In this document: piece after piece, positions 1 to 13,052 of the stretch
Position numbering within the stretch: the stretch's first letter is position 1
How the letters are laid out: each line of letters begins with the position of its first letter
Made by a program: the position numbers and the translations under genes
The notes under the pieces: model-generated
The model's input: the letters and a program-made list of their open reading frames with translations, nothing else
Told to the model about the DNA's origin: nothing
Databases searched by the model: none
Source of the DNA: Vicugna vicugna
Lineage: Eukaryota
Assembly: GCA_013265495.1 (NCBI GenBank)
Contig: MU057726.1
Coordinates: 1-61,985, forward strand
Length of the DNA stretch: 61,985 nt
Direction: 5' to 3'

Positions 1-106
1 CTCGCTCACGTGATGGAAGGCCATCTGCTTTACCCGAAGATCACTGATTTAAATACTAATTTCATCTAAAAACATCCTCCAGTTGAAATGTAAGATTAAC
101 CATCAT
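1..106 (-). mobile_element. MLT2-type (ERV-L) LTR fragment, 5' end
   Basis: agttgaaatgtaagattaaccatcata is the reverse complement of the MLT2 start TGTGATGGTTAATTTTATGTGTCAACT; also contains atctgctttac...gatttaaatactaatttcatc. Confidence 0.7.
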
Positions 107-139
107 ACTCTTCTATGCTCACTTTGAAGCACTGAGTGG

Positions 140-385
140 TTAGGAGGTTTACAGCCACAAGGAAGTTAATTCTGCCAACAACCTGAGTGAACGTCGGGTG
201 GCTCCTTCCCCATTTGAACCTCCAAATGAGAGCCCAGCCCTGGCTAACACCTTGATTGCAGCCTTGCAGAGGACCTGGCTAAGCATGCCTGTGCTCCAGG
301 CCCATCGAAACTGTGACAGAAAATAGATGTGTATTGTAAGCAACTAAGTTTGTGGTAAATCATTGCACAACAGAGAAAAAATGCA
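140..385 (+). mobile_element. MLT1 (MaLR) LTR, 3' part
   Basis: Typical MLT1 motifs cagccacaaggaagttaattctgccaacaacctgagtga, gctaacaccttgattgcagccttg, ctaagtttgtggtaa. Confidence 0.75.
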
Positions 386-1399
386 GAATATAATCTATTA
401 TAAATAAATTTTCTTTAAGGTATCCCCCTCTCCATTCTAGGAATGATCTTTATATTCTGTTTATCAAAGTTGAATATTTATTGGTCTCATATGACCTATA
501 GTTTATCATTAGCACAACGAGTGCAATTCTTTTGTCAGTTTTGCTGGTCCTAAAATATAATCATAATGTTCTCCTATGGTTCTCAACAGTAACATTAATA
601 AAATCCATGCATCAGTGCTTGATTATGAATTTCCTGTTTTTCTCAACTGCAACATGGACCAAAAAATGAGGAAAATACACATAAGGGGGCACAGAATTCA
701 ACCCAGTGATTGGAGATGCTTTCTCATCTTCGTGTCTGTAATCAGAGAGCTGAACCAGATGAGCCCTGCATATCTATTCTTTGGGATTCTATGACTCCTT
801 GGATAAACATTTGACTCATATCATCCTGCTCCCAGGAAAATAATTCTTAAAGTCAATGCCAGGCAAGCACAATATACAATACTGCATATCCTCTGTGTGT
901 CAAAAGGGTGGATTAAGGCCAGTGGTGCTGTAGAAACTTGTGACGCTGTTGTGCAGACACACACCACCATTCTTGGGAAATGCTCTTCAGAGAGCCATGG
1001 CTCAGCAGAGCTCCTTGAGGTATTTTGAAGTCTTATGTCATTGCCCCATACGCCAAGCCTGCCAAATGATAACATTAGATTACCTTGCTGATAACAGATG
1101 CGGATCTTCTTTAGCTGCTATGATTCTAAAGCTCTGGGCACATATCTGCACATTCCCTTGCTGACTTTCATAACTCTAGATAAGTCCAATCTAGGAACGT
1201 GTTTATGCATTCAACCCACAGTTGGGTTCTGTTTTCGCTTTTGAAATAGAGTTTGTCTGTGAGTCTGCCTTTCTTCCTTAAGTGTCCGCCAAAATAGGAG
1301 TAGGTTGACCTCCTCCAGTCTGTGTGTTTAACCAGGCTGACTCTTTCATGACCAGGAAGCAAATAAAAACAGCCTATGGGCACTGCAACCCTTTCACAG

Positions 1400-4300
1400 C
1401 CGTCACTGAGGGACCTGCTCACTTTATCCTAAGCATGCACACCTTTGTCCCTCCAGATCGGAGATTCGCAAGGATACGGCTGGCGCACCGGCAACATCTA
1501 CCTCAGTGGCGGATACTGACATTGAACTGGGCTCCACCCTTCCAGTGGAAACTGATCCAGGAGTGAGCGAGGCCACGTGACAGTATGTAACCATTAGAGA
1601 CAAGGTGGCTGTAGCTACTGTGGTTAGCAGAATAGCCATAGTGGTAACACAAAGGTTTAAACTCAAGGATCCGTGGCAGTGGTTAAATTAATTACGAATC
1701 CTTAAAACTGAATTGGATGGAAAGTATAATAAAGTAAGGCCCTGCTTTACCTAAGTAACTGAAAATATAAAACCTCTAGATCTACTGAATAGGGATCAGC
1801 CTTGAATCATAATCATAAAGTGGCCGAGCTCATTATCCAGTTTCCAGATTATGCATATAGCAAACCTAGAGACCCTTGAATAAAGAGAAACAGGAGTACC
1901 CTCGATAGACCTGGGCCTCGGCCGTGCTGTGTACTATCATGCTTCCTTCTGGCCTTTCCCAAGGAGACCCGCAGCTCTGCATGAGGGTGAATATTCACTG
2001 GTAAATGGAATGCTAGACCGTTTGGTGGTTATTAGACCTAAGTTAATGCCAATCTCTATCTACCCAGGCACCATGATGGGCCACCAATTAGAGTTGGAAT
2101 TTAAGGGTATTTTGACCCAAGCCCACTTTACAGTGGGGCCAGGAGTTCCATGAATTTGTTCACTGCATCCCACAAGATGAAGAACCCAGATCCTACATGC
2201 ACAGTTAAAAATAAAATCCTTAGATGCCACCAGCTCCCTGAAACATAGAGCAAGACCCATCATTGTGGGGAAGCTCACAGAATTCTGTTCCTCCCCACAG
2301 GATGACTAAACCAAAAGCAATACTACATTCTTCAGCGGCCTAAGAGATGAAGCCGTGGTCATTTCTATACCACGTCCTCATCTAACTTGACTGGATGTCG
2401 TGGGCAGTTGGCAGATGTGACTTGGGCCATGAAGTTAGATTTACCTTAAATAAAAATGGATGGTGGCTTAAACTGTAATTGGAGCCCAGATTTTGTCCTT
2501 TAACTGTAATAAGTCAGCACAGCTGCTGTGCAATGATTGCTTCTCTGTATCTATCATCAATGGTCACCAAAAGCAATTTCTTTTCATTTGTCAGTGGCAG
2601 CGATGTACCCTCACTACTCTGGTTAGGACTGCATCAGTTTTCTGACCCTCTGTTATTATTTATTTCACAAGGACCTTGACTGTCTCATCATCCTGCAGAA
2701 AATGGACTGGTTTACTCTGTTGATGAGAGAAGGCCAACTAGGAGAGCTAGAAGTAGCAGGCATCCTTGGCTCCCTGATTAGCCAAATATAAGGTAGGGTA
2801 GAATTTCACACAAAAATCAGAAGTCTGCCACTTCAAGAAAGTTTTAGAAGGTTCAGGGGGCTTGGGAAGATAGAAATATACCAATACAAGGTGAAATAGA
2901 ATTTATTCTGTTACCCCTTTCCTCCAAGAAAAATGCATGATGTGTTTTATGCTTCTTTGGATTGTAGAGGCAAGTAATTTTGGGTGAGCTGTTTTGATCC
3001 ATTTACCAAATATCCTGTGGTTATGGCAGCTCTGAACATGGTGACAGATCAGGAAAAGACTCTCCAGCTGGGCCAGGCTAGAGTACAAGCTACTTTACCA
3101 TTTGGGTTTCATAACCAGGCAGATAAAATAGTGTTCGAGGCATCAGTGACATCTTGGGAGTCTCAGTGGAGCCGGTGACAGACCTGGACAGGAGAATCGC
3201 AGTGCACAGGAAGAAGAGCCCTACGGATTTTGGAAAATCTACGTTCTTTTCTGCAAACAAATATACTCTCTCTCCTTTTCTAAAGCAGCCCCTGCCTCAC
3301 TGCTGAGTCCTTGAGAGACTGAATTCCTGACAATGAGCTATTATGTGACCATGTGACCTGGGCTGCCCGTCATGAACTGGCTCTTATCTGATCCTCCAAG
3401 TCATAAAATTGAGGGGGTATAAGGCAAGTACTCCATCACCAAAGAGTACAGTTAATCACAACACCAGGATAAAGCAGATTTTGAAGGCACAAGTAATTTT
3501 TATGAGCAGCGTGCTCAGACTTCCAGAGCTCCTGTGTCTGCCGCTGTACCATGTCTCCCTCAGTCCACATTTATGGCTTAATCGTGAGCTCTCTGTGACC
3601 AACTGATAGAGGAAAAAAAAAAACTGAGCCTGGTTTATGAATAGTTCAAAACTAAGGAAGACAGGGAGTGCTGTGGGAGCACAGATATCCTGGAGGAGGG
3701 AGGGTGGGCAGAACAAAACTTTCGTCTGGTTGTATACGTCAAATGAAAGGAAAGGTGGTCAGAATGATGTATCTATGCTGACCTGTGGGCAATAAAAAAT
3801 AGCTGTATGGTTAGGGACTTGGAAGGAAAGAATGATTCTATTTGTTACAAAAATATCTGAGACATAATTGGGGATGAATTTTTAAGAGTATGAGCAAAAG
3901 AGAATAATTGTATCCTGTGTCAATGCTCCCCAGAGGGCACTGACTGCAAGGGACCTTCTTGATGAAGTGTTGCACAGATGCTCTGTTCCGTCGGTGTCAT
4001 TAGTTCCTTTCCCAAGCCAGCCAGTGCCTGTCTGATGGGCTCACGCACAAAGTAGCAATGAGGCCAGAGCCCAGGTTTGTGCAAGGGCACAAGGATGTGA
4101 GCTTCTCCTTCAGAAAGGAGACCTAACCACCACCAGTTCTGATTGTCTCCATGGCCAATCGCAGACACCAAGGTTGATTTTCAAAATTGGCACCATAACA
4201 AAATTGGAACAGCTAGTTGACTGGTGGAAGCTTAATTATATTGGATCTCTTCCATTATGGAAAGGGCTTCAGTTTCATCTCACATCAACAGAGGTTCATC

Positions 4301-4525
4301 CTGAATGTGGATTTGCCTTCCCCACTCACTATGCTTCTTTCACTGCCGCCATATGTTGACTTAGTCAATGTCTCATTCATCATTGTGTTGGCTCAGCGCA
4401 CCTACTAACGCTCTTGATCAACATTCTTTTTATGGTGAAAGGATCAAGTCAGTGAACTTATACTTATGGGGTTTACGTACCCATCACCCAGAAGCACCAG
4501 TCTGGAATGAGACTGAATGACACTG
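1400..4525 (+). mobile_element. Decayed ERV-L internal region (gag C-term, protease, RT/RNaseH, integrase)
   Basis: Frames resemble ERV-L peptides: RGQVAALNHQRQGG-like (~1570); GILTQAHFTVGP (protease end); DQEKTLQLGQARVQATLPFG...ADKIVFEASV (cf. EQEKALQQVQAAVQAALPLG...ADPMVLEVSV); WWKLNYIGSLPLWKGLQFHLT (cf. integrase WWQVDYIGPLPSWKGQRFVLT); HHPEA at ~4482. Many stops and frameshifts. Confidence 0.88.
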
Positions 4526-6898
4526 TAGCACTCAATACTAAAATACATACATAAAATACTCTAATAATATAAATTCTAGCTCTTTGGGATGCCAAGCAAT
4601 TTCCTCCCATCATCAAGCCCTAAAACAGACATTTAAAAGTTAAAATCTTCCTCTTCTAGATTAAAGCATAAAGATGTTAAAATCCAAGATTCAAAATTCA
4701 AAATTCAAATCTTTTTAGTGTCACAGGTGAAATTTTAGAGTTCCAAATTTTCAATTTAAAGACGAATGATCATTCTCTCAGATTTCTTATTTTCCTCAGT
4801 TTCAGGGAGAGTGGTTCCTTTAGCCTGAGTGGTGGTGAAGCACTGTCAGCAGACTGGGCTCTTTCCCACTGCAATGTGTGCAGTCTTTTCCAGCGCCTCA
4901 CAGCCTGGATTAATTTAAAGCCAGATACTCCCTGAGGCTTGTTTACAAAGGGTTTAAAGATCTAGTAAGACACACAAGGTTATCTCAACACTAACCTTAC
5001 ACCAGCAATGTTTAGAAAACAAGCCGTCACTAGCCAGCTGTTCAGTTATCATCTCAGCCAAACTTATCTTCCTGGGACCCAGTACTTGTGTTGTCAAAAC
5101 CCACAGCAGACATACAGAACGTCAGAGAAGAGGAGAAACCACATTGCCTTCAGCCACAACAGGGTGTCAGTTGGTCAGTTTTGTATCGTTCTGTGTACAT
5201 TTGCCATGTTTGGGGGAAAAACTTCTTGTGCATGTTGCTCCTTTTTCAGAGTCAAATTTGATCCATTGCTTCCCTTGGGCCAAGAATAGAAATTTGCGAT
5301 AGTGGGCATCTGTGTTACCAGCTCCGTCTTTTCTCCTGAGCAAGAATTCTCAGTCCTGGGCCCTTTGTGACTCTACCGTCTCTTGATAGGAAATCGCTTA
5401 GGTCAGAAGTGTGACTGCTGAGGAAGGTTTCCTCTTCACGTGCATTGCTCAAGCCCGAGTTCACTCCACACCGTATAGCGGGCAGCTAGAGCCGTGGTCA
5501 AGCTAGGTAAATTCAAGGCTAGTGGAGGGACACAGTTTCCTCCTTGGTGAGTAACACAACTCCAGAATTTGGAGTAGCGGAGGGACTACTGTCTACCCAG
5601 GCCTGACCTAACAATACAAAGTTTGCCATTGCTCTATAGCACATTGAAACTGTGTCATGAAATTTTAAAGGTTCATATTTTAGTCTGCCTAACAATGTCT
5701 AAAAGCTTATAAAATCTTTTTTACCTACAATCATATTCATGCCAAAGCTGTGCCTGTAGAATGAGTTAGGCAACCAGCAGCTGCCCTTTGAAACAAATCA
5801 TACCTGCTAAAGATTCATCTTACTGTTCCCAGACCTTGTGGGGTGGAGCCCACCTGAGCATCTCACAAAGTTCATCTTTGCTCTCCAGGTCATTTGCTTC
5901 TTTGCTGAGTCTTGATCTTTGCCTGAATCCCAGCCACTATAGAAAGAGCCACTTTATTGTTTTCTTTACACGCACACACACTCACATCAACACCATCAAC
6001 AACTTGCAGAATTCAAAGCAGAATCTCTACCTTCTAAATTACTAAATAAAATAACAATAAATAAGACAGTTTCCATAAAAAAGCAAAAATGGAGAAAAAC
6101 AGCAAGAGAAAACAAAATGAAGCATAAAACAAAATAATAAAACCAAGAAGTATACAAAGAAAAAATAGTAGAAGTAAGATCAACCACACTGTTTTGACAG
6201 TGAATTTGATTGTGAAATATATTGCCCACTAAACAGAGTCAAATTTGAGAATTAAATTAAATGCTTTTTAAAGTAATAGTCATTAAAAATTACATAATTT
6301 AAAATAAAATATTTTATCTGACATTATTAGTTTTATTTTTGCTTTCCTTTGTTAGTGTTTTCTTGATAGAGATTTTGTTTTTTTCCTACAACCACTATAT
6401 TTATTTTTAATGAGAGTTGTTAAAATATTACATTTGGCTTGTAGAAATGAATATTCAAAGTGTTCTGTTCCTAGACATTCCTGAAAATACATTTATGCAT
6501 TGCTATGGTACCAGAAACATGCACACGTGGACATTAATTCAACATGATGCTTCAAATTTCATCCACGTTCATGACTTTTTAGCACAGATATTATCAGAAG
6601 AAGTTTTAAGAACATGAAATCAAGAGAGCCAGAAGCCAGACTGGAAGGGGCCCATGAGGACTGCATCCCCTAATTCTGAGTGATCCTCTCACTCATCTTG
6701 ATCAGACATAAACCCATTATTTTTAATGTCAACTTTTTTTGCCCTGATTGCTTTTTGACCCCAGGTTCTGCCCTAAATTCTTGGTTTCTTAGTCCTGATG
6801 CCTCCAATGAGTTCACTTATTTTAGCAGCTCACCACAGATTCACACTTTCCTGACACTGAGGGGAGAAGAGCAGTGGCCAGTCATCAGCAACTCTGTC

Positions 6899-7210
6899 TA
6901 GTTGGTCCCTGACTTACGATGGTTCAACTTATGATTTTCAACTTGACGATGATCCAAAAGGGATACACATTCTGTAGAACCTACTTCAAAGTTTGAAGTT
7001 GGATGTTTTCCCAGGCTAGCAATACATGATACGAACCTCTCTCATCATGGTGGGAAGAAACACTGAGCCACACCACCCTGGGGGCAAAACAACTGATACT
7101 CTTAGGAATATTCTGGAGCCTGTGGTTGGGCAGAATCATCTAACATCAAGCTCCTTTAATATAAAGCATTGGCTATTACATGTAATTTATTAAGTACCAT
7201 GTTGAAAGCG
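6899..7210 (+). mobile_element. Tigger-family DNA transposon MITE (MER47/Tigger4-5-like)
   Basis: gttggtccctgacttacgatggttcaacttatgattttcaacttgacgatg matches the MER47-type TIR region; gggcagaatcatctaacatcaag...catgtaatttatt is the shared internal motif. Confidence 0.75.
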
Positions 7211-7461
7211 ATTTGGCTTTTGAAGTTACAAATCTTTAAAGGAAAGAAAGTAAATCATTTAATATGAAAAATTAAATCTGAAATGAATAATCTTTTATGT
7301 ACCAAGTAATGGAACATGACAACGTGATATGCAGATAGCACTAGTAGATAAAGAATTCTTGATTTGCCTAGAACATTCATGGGAAAGCTTCCCTTACCTA
7401 TTCTGATTTGTATAATTTATTAAAATTTGTAGAAAAAACATCGTATGTATAGAAAACAACA

Positions 7462-8006
7462 GTGCTTAAGTTTATGTGCCAATTTGACTGTGCCGTGGGG
7501 TACCCAGATATTTGGTTGAATGTTATTATGGGTGTGTCTGATGACATTAACATTAGAATCAGTTGGCTGAACAAAGCAGATTGCTCTCCCCAATGTGAGC
7601 AGGTCTCAGTCAATCCTCTGACGGCATGAATAGGAAAAGAAAAAGCCTGACTAAGGAAGCATCCACTCTCTCTGCCTGCCCATCTTTGAGCTGGGATGTC
7701 AGCCTTCTCCTGCCCGCAGACTTGGATCTGAACTTGAATATATACCACTGACCGTCGTGGTTCTCAGGCCCCCCGACTCAGACTGGAATTGTATCATTGG
7801 TTCCCCTGGTTCCAGCAGCTACTGGGACTTGTCAGACTCCATCATCCTCTGAGTCGTGTATCTATACTTTCTGTTTTATTAAAATCACATTATTTATTAA
7901 AAGTGCATATATTTATTCAAATATACACCATATATGTTATATATATATATGAGATCGAAATAGAGGTGTCTCCTATTGGTTCTGTTTGTCTGGAGAACCC
8001 TAATAC
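7462..8006 (+). mobile_element. MLT2 solo LTR
   Basis: Start tttatgtgccaatttgactg...cccagatatttgg; end tcctattggttctgtttgtctggagaaccctaatac; internal TA-rich tract. Confidence 0.88.
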
Positions 8007-8129
8007 CAAGGCACAAACAAAATAGGATATGTGTATTTTGAGGAAAAGTAATAATACAAAATCTTTACACCTTCTACCCAGAACAAGTACCTGAATATTA
8101 CCATACCATAGTGTCCCCTTATTTTTCTC

Positions 8130-8290
8130 TCCCAAAAACTTTTAACTGCCCAGGCTGGGCAGTGACACACGTCACTTCTATTCACGGCTTATTGATCAGA
8201 ACTAATCACGTGGCTCTTATCTAAATGAAGGAATGGGGGACATGTGGGCAGGACACGGATACCCGGTGAATCTCAATGTTTCCTACCACA
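8130..8290 (-). mobile_element. Old MLT1 (J/I-like) LTR fragment
   Basis: agtgacacacgtcacttctattcac...ttgatcagaactaatcacgtggc, ending ctaccaca. Confidence 0.6.
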
Positions 8291-8516
8291 CCACCACTAT
8301 CAAATGTCAAAAGGAATCCCTACATGGGTGTGTTTCTGAGTTCCTTATTTGTTTTATTGGTCTGTATGTCTGTCCCTGTTCCATGACTATTACCACAGCT
8401 TTAAAATAATTCCACATATTTGGCAAAACATGTCTTTTCAATGTGTTATTCTTCAAGATTGTCTTGGCTATTCACAGACCTTTGCAGATTCACATATATA
8501 TCATCAGCTGGACAAG

Positions 8517-8884
8517 TGTTATGGGCTGAATGTTTGTGCCCCCCTAAAAATTCATACGTTGAAGCCCTAAGCCCCAATGTGATGACATTAAGAGGTGGGA
8601 CTCTGGGAGGTAATTAGGTTTTGATGAGGTCATGAGGGCAGGGTCCTCATGATGGGGTTAGTGGCTTTATAAGAAGAGACCCAAGAGTGCTCTTTCTGTT
8701 TCTCTTTTGTCTTTCTCTCTTTCTCTCTCTCCCCACCCCCTCATGAGGGCTTTCCCCAGGAACTGAATTGGCCAGCACCTTGATCTTGGACTTCTCAGCA
8801 TCCAGAAATGTGAGAGATAAATGTCTATTATTTAAACCACCCAATCTATGGTATTATTTTTTTATAATAGGCCAAGCTAAGATA
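8517..8884 (+). mobile_element. MLT1A-type solo LTR inserted into an old L1
   Basis: tgttatgggctgaatgtttgtgccccc...aaaattcatacgttgaagccctaa...ttggacttctcagcatccagaaatgtgagagataaatg...gctaagata. Confidence 0.9.
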
Positions 8885-9090
8885 ATAATTTCCACAAAAT
8901 ATGTTGCTAGGGTTTGGATTTGAGTAAATTGAGTCAACAAATCATTCTGAGGAGAGCTGACGTTTGTGATAATAATGACTTGTATAGTCCACAAATACAA
9001 TAAACTCATTTACTTATTTTAATAAGTTTTATAACTTTCTCCATAGAGATTTTGCACATATTTGTTAGCATTTTATTGGCTATTTTATTT

Positions 9091-9220
9091 TATTTTTTGA
9101 GGGGAATAATTAGATTTACGTCTTTACTTATGTATTTCTTTTTAACGGAGGCCCTGGGGATTGAACCAGGACCTCATGCATGCTAAGCATGCAATCTATC
9201 ATTGAGCTATACCCTTCCCC
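9091..9220 (-). mobile_element. Camelid tRNA-derived SINE (Vic-1-like)
   Basis: Reverse complement reads GGGGAAGGGTATAGCTCAATGATAGATTGCATGCTTAGCATGCATGAGGTCCTGGTTCAATCCCCAGGGCCTCC (A and B boxes) with an A-rich tail; flanked by imperfect TSD tggctattttattt (9077-9090) / tggttattttaatt (9221-9234). Confidence 0.88.
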
Positions 9221-10851
9221 TGGTTATTTTAATTTTACTTGTATTTAATGTTATTTAATGGATGCACTATACATTCATATGATACAAAAATCAAAATGAT
9301 AGAAAAAGGTATACCCTAGAAAAAGGTATATCCTGAGGATTCTTTCACCCATCCTGTGCACCTCTACTTTCTATAGGTAACTACTTTTATTATTTCCTTG
9401 TGTGTTCTTTCAATATCACTTTATGCAATTATAAAGAAGCACAATGCATCTATTCTTAATTCTCCCCTCTCTTGAACCAAAATGGCTTAATGTATATACT
9501 GTTAGGCACCCTGTTGTTTTCACTTAGCAATATACCCTGGACATAATGATTGGGGAGCATCTTCATTCTTTTCAATAATATAATTATAATTCCATTATTG
9601 AGGCACACGTCCAAGATTTTACTATTACGAACAGTGTTATAATGTCATTTGGAAAGGATAAACAGGCATACAGGATAGCCTCTCAGAGGCAAAAATGCTG
9701 GGTCAATTTTAATTAACTTTTTTTCCATATAAAAGATTTTTATTTAATGTACTCTAACTTAATTAATTTGTTGCCACTGGATTTTAAGACTTAGTTTAAA
9801 AGACCTGCTTTCACTCTGAGGTCATAAGTGAGTGACCCCCTAATTTTTCAGACTTTTTTTGTTTGTTTAAATGTTTAAGTATTTGATTCCTTTGCAGTTT
9901 ATTTAGGTATAAGAAATAGAGTATGAATACCTATGTTTTCTGTCCTGTGACAGTTGGCATTTTTTTTAGGATTATGTTGCACTGGCTTGTGAAGAGTAAT
10001 TTCAAATTGAAGTGGTATGAACTACCACTCTTGTTCTGTTGTTGATCTTAAGGACTATTTTAAACAAATCACCATTAACTATGACATTTTCTAAATAATA
10101 CATCATAGATACCATTTTTGAGGTTGAGAAGTTATCTTCTATTTCTAATATAATTTTGTTTTATCTTCAAGCCATGAATTGATGTTAAATTTGATCAGAC
10201 AATTCCTCTGCATCTATTAAGATAGTCATATGCATTTGAAGTCAATCTGAGGTCATTTTATCAGTAGCATTTCATCAGGAGCATATCTTTTAATTGAATG
10301 ACAGAAAATTCATGAACTAAACATCTCTCTTAAATGTTAGAAAAATTAGGGAGCAGAAATTAACAGTCCCCAAATACATCAAATATTGTAAAGATTAACA
10401 ATGGCAGGTGTGTTCTTTTTTTATTATCACTTACATAATAAGAAATTTGTGGAAAATGCTGCTGCAAAACACAAGCAAAAATATAAAAGAGAAATTTAGA
10501 GATAAGGAGAGGGAACATAATATTGTATACATGGAACAGAAAAAAAGCAAAATTTAAAGAAAGGACTCCTAGAAATTCAAAAAATATGATGACAAGAATA
10601 AAAAGAAATCAGAAAAAGATTGAATAGTCAAGTAGAGGAAATTTTCCTTAAGATAAAGCATAAAAAGAAGCAGGTACAAAATTGTAAAGAAAAATTTAAA
10701 AAAATGAGATGATCTGTCCAGGAAGTCAAATGTCCACTTGAAGACAAGGAGAAGAGGGGAAAAAGATCTTAGAAAACACTATGAGAAAACTCTTCACAAC
10801 TGAAGGTCATGGAACTCTAGATTTAAAGGGCTCATCAAAAAAGTCAAGCAC

Positions 10852-11746
10852 TGTTTTCCATACTGTTTTTAAAGAATCTCCAGCCTGGAGAAAAACTAAA
10901 AACTAAAAATAGACTTACCATATGAACCAGCCATCCCACTCCTGAGCATATGTCCTGAGAAAACTCTAATTGGAAAAGATACATGCACCCCAATGTTCAT
11001 AGCAGCACTATACACACTAGTCAAGACATGGAAGCCACCTAAATGTCCACTGACAGATGATTGGATAAATAAGTTATGATATATATATATAAACACATAT
11101 ATATGTATATATATGTATATATATACACATGCATACACATATACACACACAATATATGTAATATATAATATAAAAATTGTATATGTAATTATATATTAAA
11201 CATATATTACTTATATATAATATTATATTATATTACATATAGTAAATATATATTATATTACACATATATTATATACATATATCATATATATATAATGGAA
11301 TACCACTCAGCCATAACAAAGAATGAAATAATGCCATTTGCACCAATACAGATGGACCTAGAGATCTTCATACTAAGTGAAATAAGCCAGAAAAAAAGAA
11401 AAATATACGATATTATTTATATATGAAATCTAAAAAAAATGACACAAATGAACTTATTTATAAAACAGAAAGAGACTCACAGACATAGAAAACAAATTTT
11501 TGGCTACCGAGGGGGAAGGCAGGGTGGAGGGATAAATTGGGAGTCAGGATTTGCAAATACCAACTACCATATATAAAATAGGTAAACAATAAGGTCCTGC
11601 TGTATAGCACAGGGAACGACATTCAATATCTTGTAGTAGCCTATAATGAAAAAGAATATGAAAAAGAATATATGTATGTATAACTGAATCACTATGCTGT
11701 ACACCAGAAATTTTTTCAACATTATAAAGCAACTATACTTCAATTT
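10852..11746 (+). mobile_element. 5'-truncated cetartiodactyl/camelid L1 (ORF2 end + 3' UTR) with TSD
   Basis: ORF2 tail aaaaatagacttaccatatgaaccagccatcccactcctg...gatacatgcaccccaatgttcatagcagcac; 3' UTR gtatagcacagggaac...actatacttcaat; TSD aaaaaagtcaagcac (10837-10851) / aaaaaagccaaacac (11747-11761). Confidence 0.93.
11079..11294. repeat. (TA/CA)-rich low-complexity expansion inside the L1
   Basis: ~215 bp of TATA/CACA/ATATT units. Confidence 0.9.
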
Positions 11747-12637
11747 AAAAAAGCCAAACACAATAACTGAAAGAGTAATCTCACCAAAGCATAAAATTGT
11801 GAAATTTCAGAAGACTAGAGATGAAGCTTACATGCAAAGGATGAGAACTCATGATGACATGGGACTTCTGGACAGCAACATTGAGAGCTGGAAGCAATAG
11901 CATGATACTTGTCAAATTCTACACAAAATGTCTTTCAAACTAAATCTAATAACCCATCAAACTATCAGGCATAAAGCTATTTTCAGAAGCACAAAACATT
12001 TTTTAAAAATCACTTTATTCGTGCCCTACTCTGCATTCTCTTTCAAGAAGCTATGGGAAGATCTGAACCAGCAAAACGAAAGAGTAAAACTAGGAAAGAG
12101 AAAAAGGTGGACTTCAGGAAATAGGTAATCTTACATAGGAAAGTGGGGAAGGGAGTGCCCCAGTTGATGTGTGTGCTTGTTATTTATCATTGGACATTAA
12201 CATTGTTCCCAATTTTGGTCAAATATTAAGAATTATATACCGACCTCTTTTCTATGTAATTTTATATAAATTATTAGAAACAGAACCATTCTGTGCAAAA
12301 ACTCTTGCTATGTATGGTCTAATTGCTTAGTGTCTTCTGATGATAGTTTCCAACTTCTGGGTGGAATGATGGAGGTTGTCCACTTCCTCTTTGAATATTC
12401 TAAATGCACCTGAAATTGATTGTTCAGTGGAAGAAGATAAACTTCTGGATAAAGTGGTATAATTTTGGCAAGAAGAACACAGGAAGCTATATGTCTAAGC
12501 AAGACTCTTTCTACCAGCTCTTCAGGCTTGTCCAATGATAATCTCAAGAGCAAGGGAGACCCACAGTTCCCATCCCTTATTTCAGTCCACTTGCTCTTTT
12601 CATGTTTTACTCTGTGATTGAGAATGCACTCCCATTG

Positions 12638-12638
<1 letters not shown>

Positions 12639-12678
<40 letters not shown>
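12639..12678 (+). repeat. (CA)n microsatellite
   Basis: cacacatacacacacaca... run. Confidence 0.95.
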
Positions 12679-12680
<2 letters not shown>

Positions 12681-12975
12681 TTAAATAAATCAAATTCAGA
12701 TGTGGCTCAAAGATTAAAGCCATGCATCTAAATTTAATGCACAGTAATTAGGAGCTAGAAATGGCACATTATCTTTTTCTAAATAAAATTAAATATAGCC
12801 TTAAGCCCTACTGACTGCCATTTATAAGAAATCTAAACACCTAGCTTCAAGTTCTGTGTCAATTATACTGAAAAATTTCTCTTAGGCTTATTTTATTGTC
12901 ATATGTAGGGGGCTTGGTTGATTGGTTCTAAAAATAAACTCTCTCATGTCAGGCTTTGTATTGAAAAAACCTTAC

Positions 12976-13052
12976 CACCCGGCAGGTAACTCCTCTGTTG
13001 AGAAGGGCTCAGCACTGATCTATGAGGACAGGCTTTGTCACAGAGGATAAGC
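12976..13052 (-). other. Candidate internal exon (77 nt) of a minus-strand transcript
   Basis: Acceptor ttttctttgttttccctgaag| and donor GTG|gtaagg in unique sequence. Confidence 0.3.

Larger units (their letters stand above)
8300..10240 (-). mobile_element. Fragmented ancient L1 (L1M/L1ME-like)
   Basis: T-rich L1 antisense motifs (ttggctattc, tttctccatagagattttgcacatatttgttag, ctgcatctattaagatagtcatatg), interrupted by MLT1A and a SINE. Confidence 0.6.
10450..12170 (+). mobile_element. Ancient L1/HAL1 ORF1-like fragment split by a younger L1
   Basis: A-rich sense strand; aaagggctcatcaa...|...caccaaagcataaaattgtgaaatttcag resembles ORF1 (ERAH...PRHIIVKFQ) joined across the insertion. Confidence 0.6.

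Noticed and set aside
9140..9220. Possible tRNA gene
   Set aside because: tRNA-like head has an A-rich tail and TSDs, so it is a SINE
9301..9334. 17-bp tandem duplication agaaaaaggtata(c/t)cct
   Set aside because: Simple local slippage within old L1 sequence
12308..12553. 81-aa minus-strand ORF in unique DNA
   Set aside because: Non-ATG start and no recognisable homology; only the internal acceptor at 12409 is kept as a weak lncRNA exon hint
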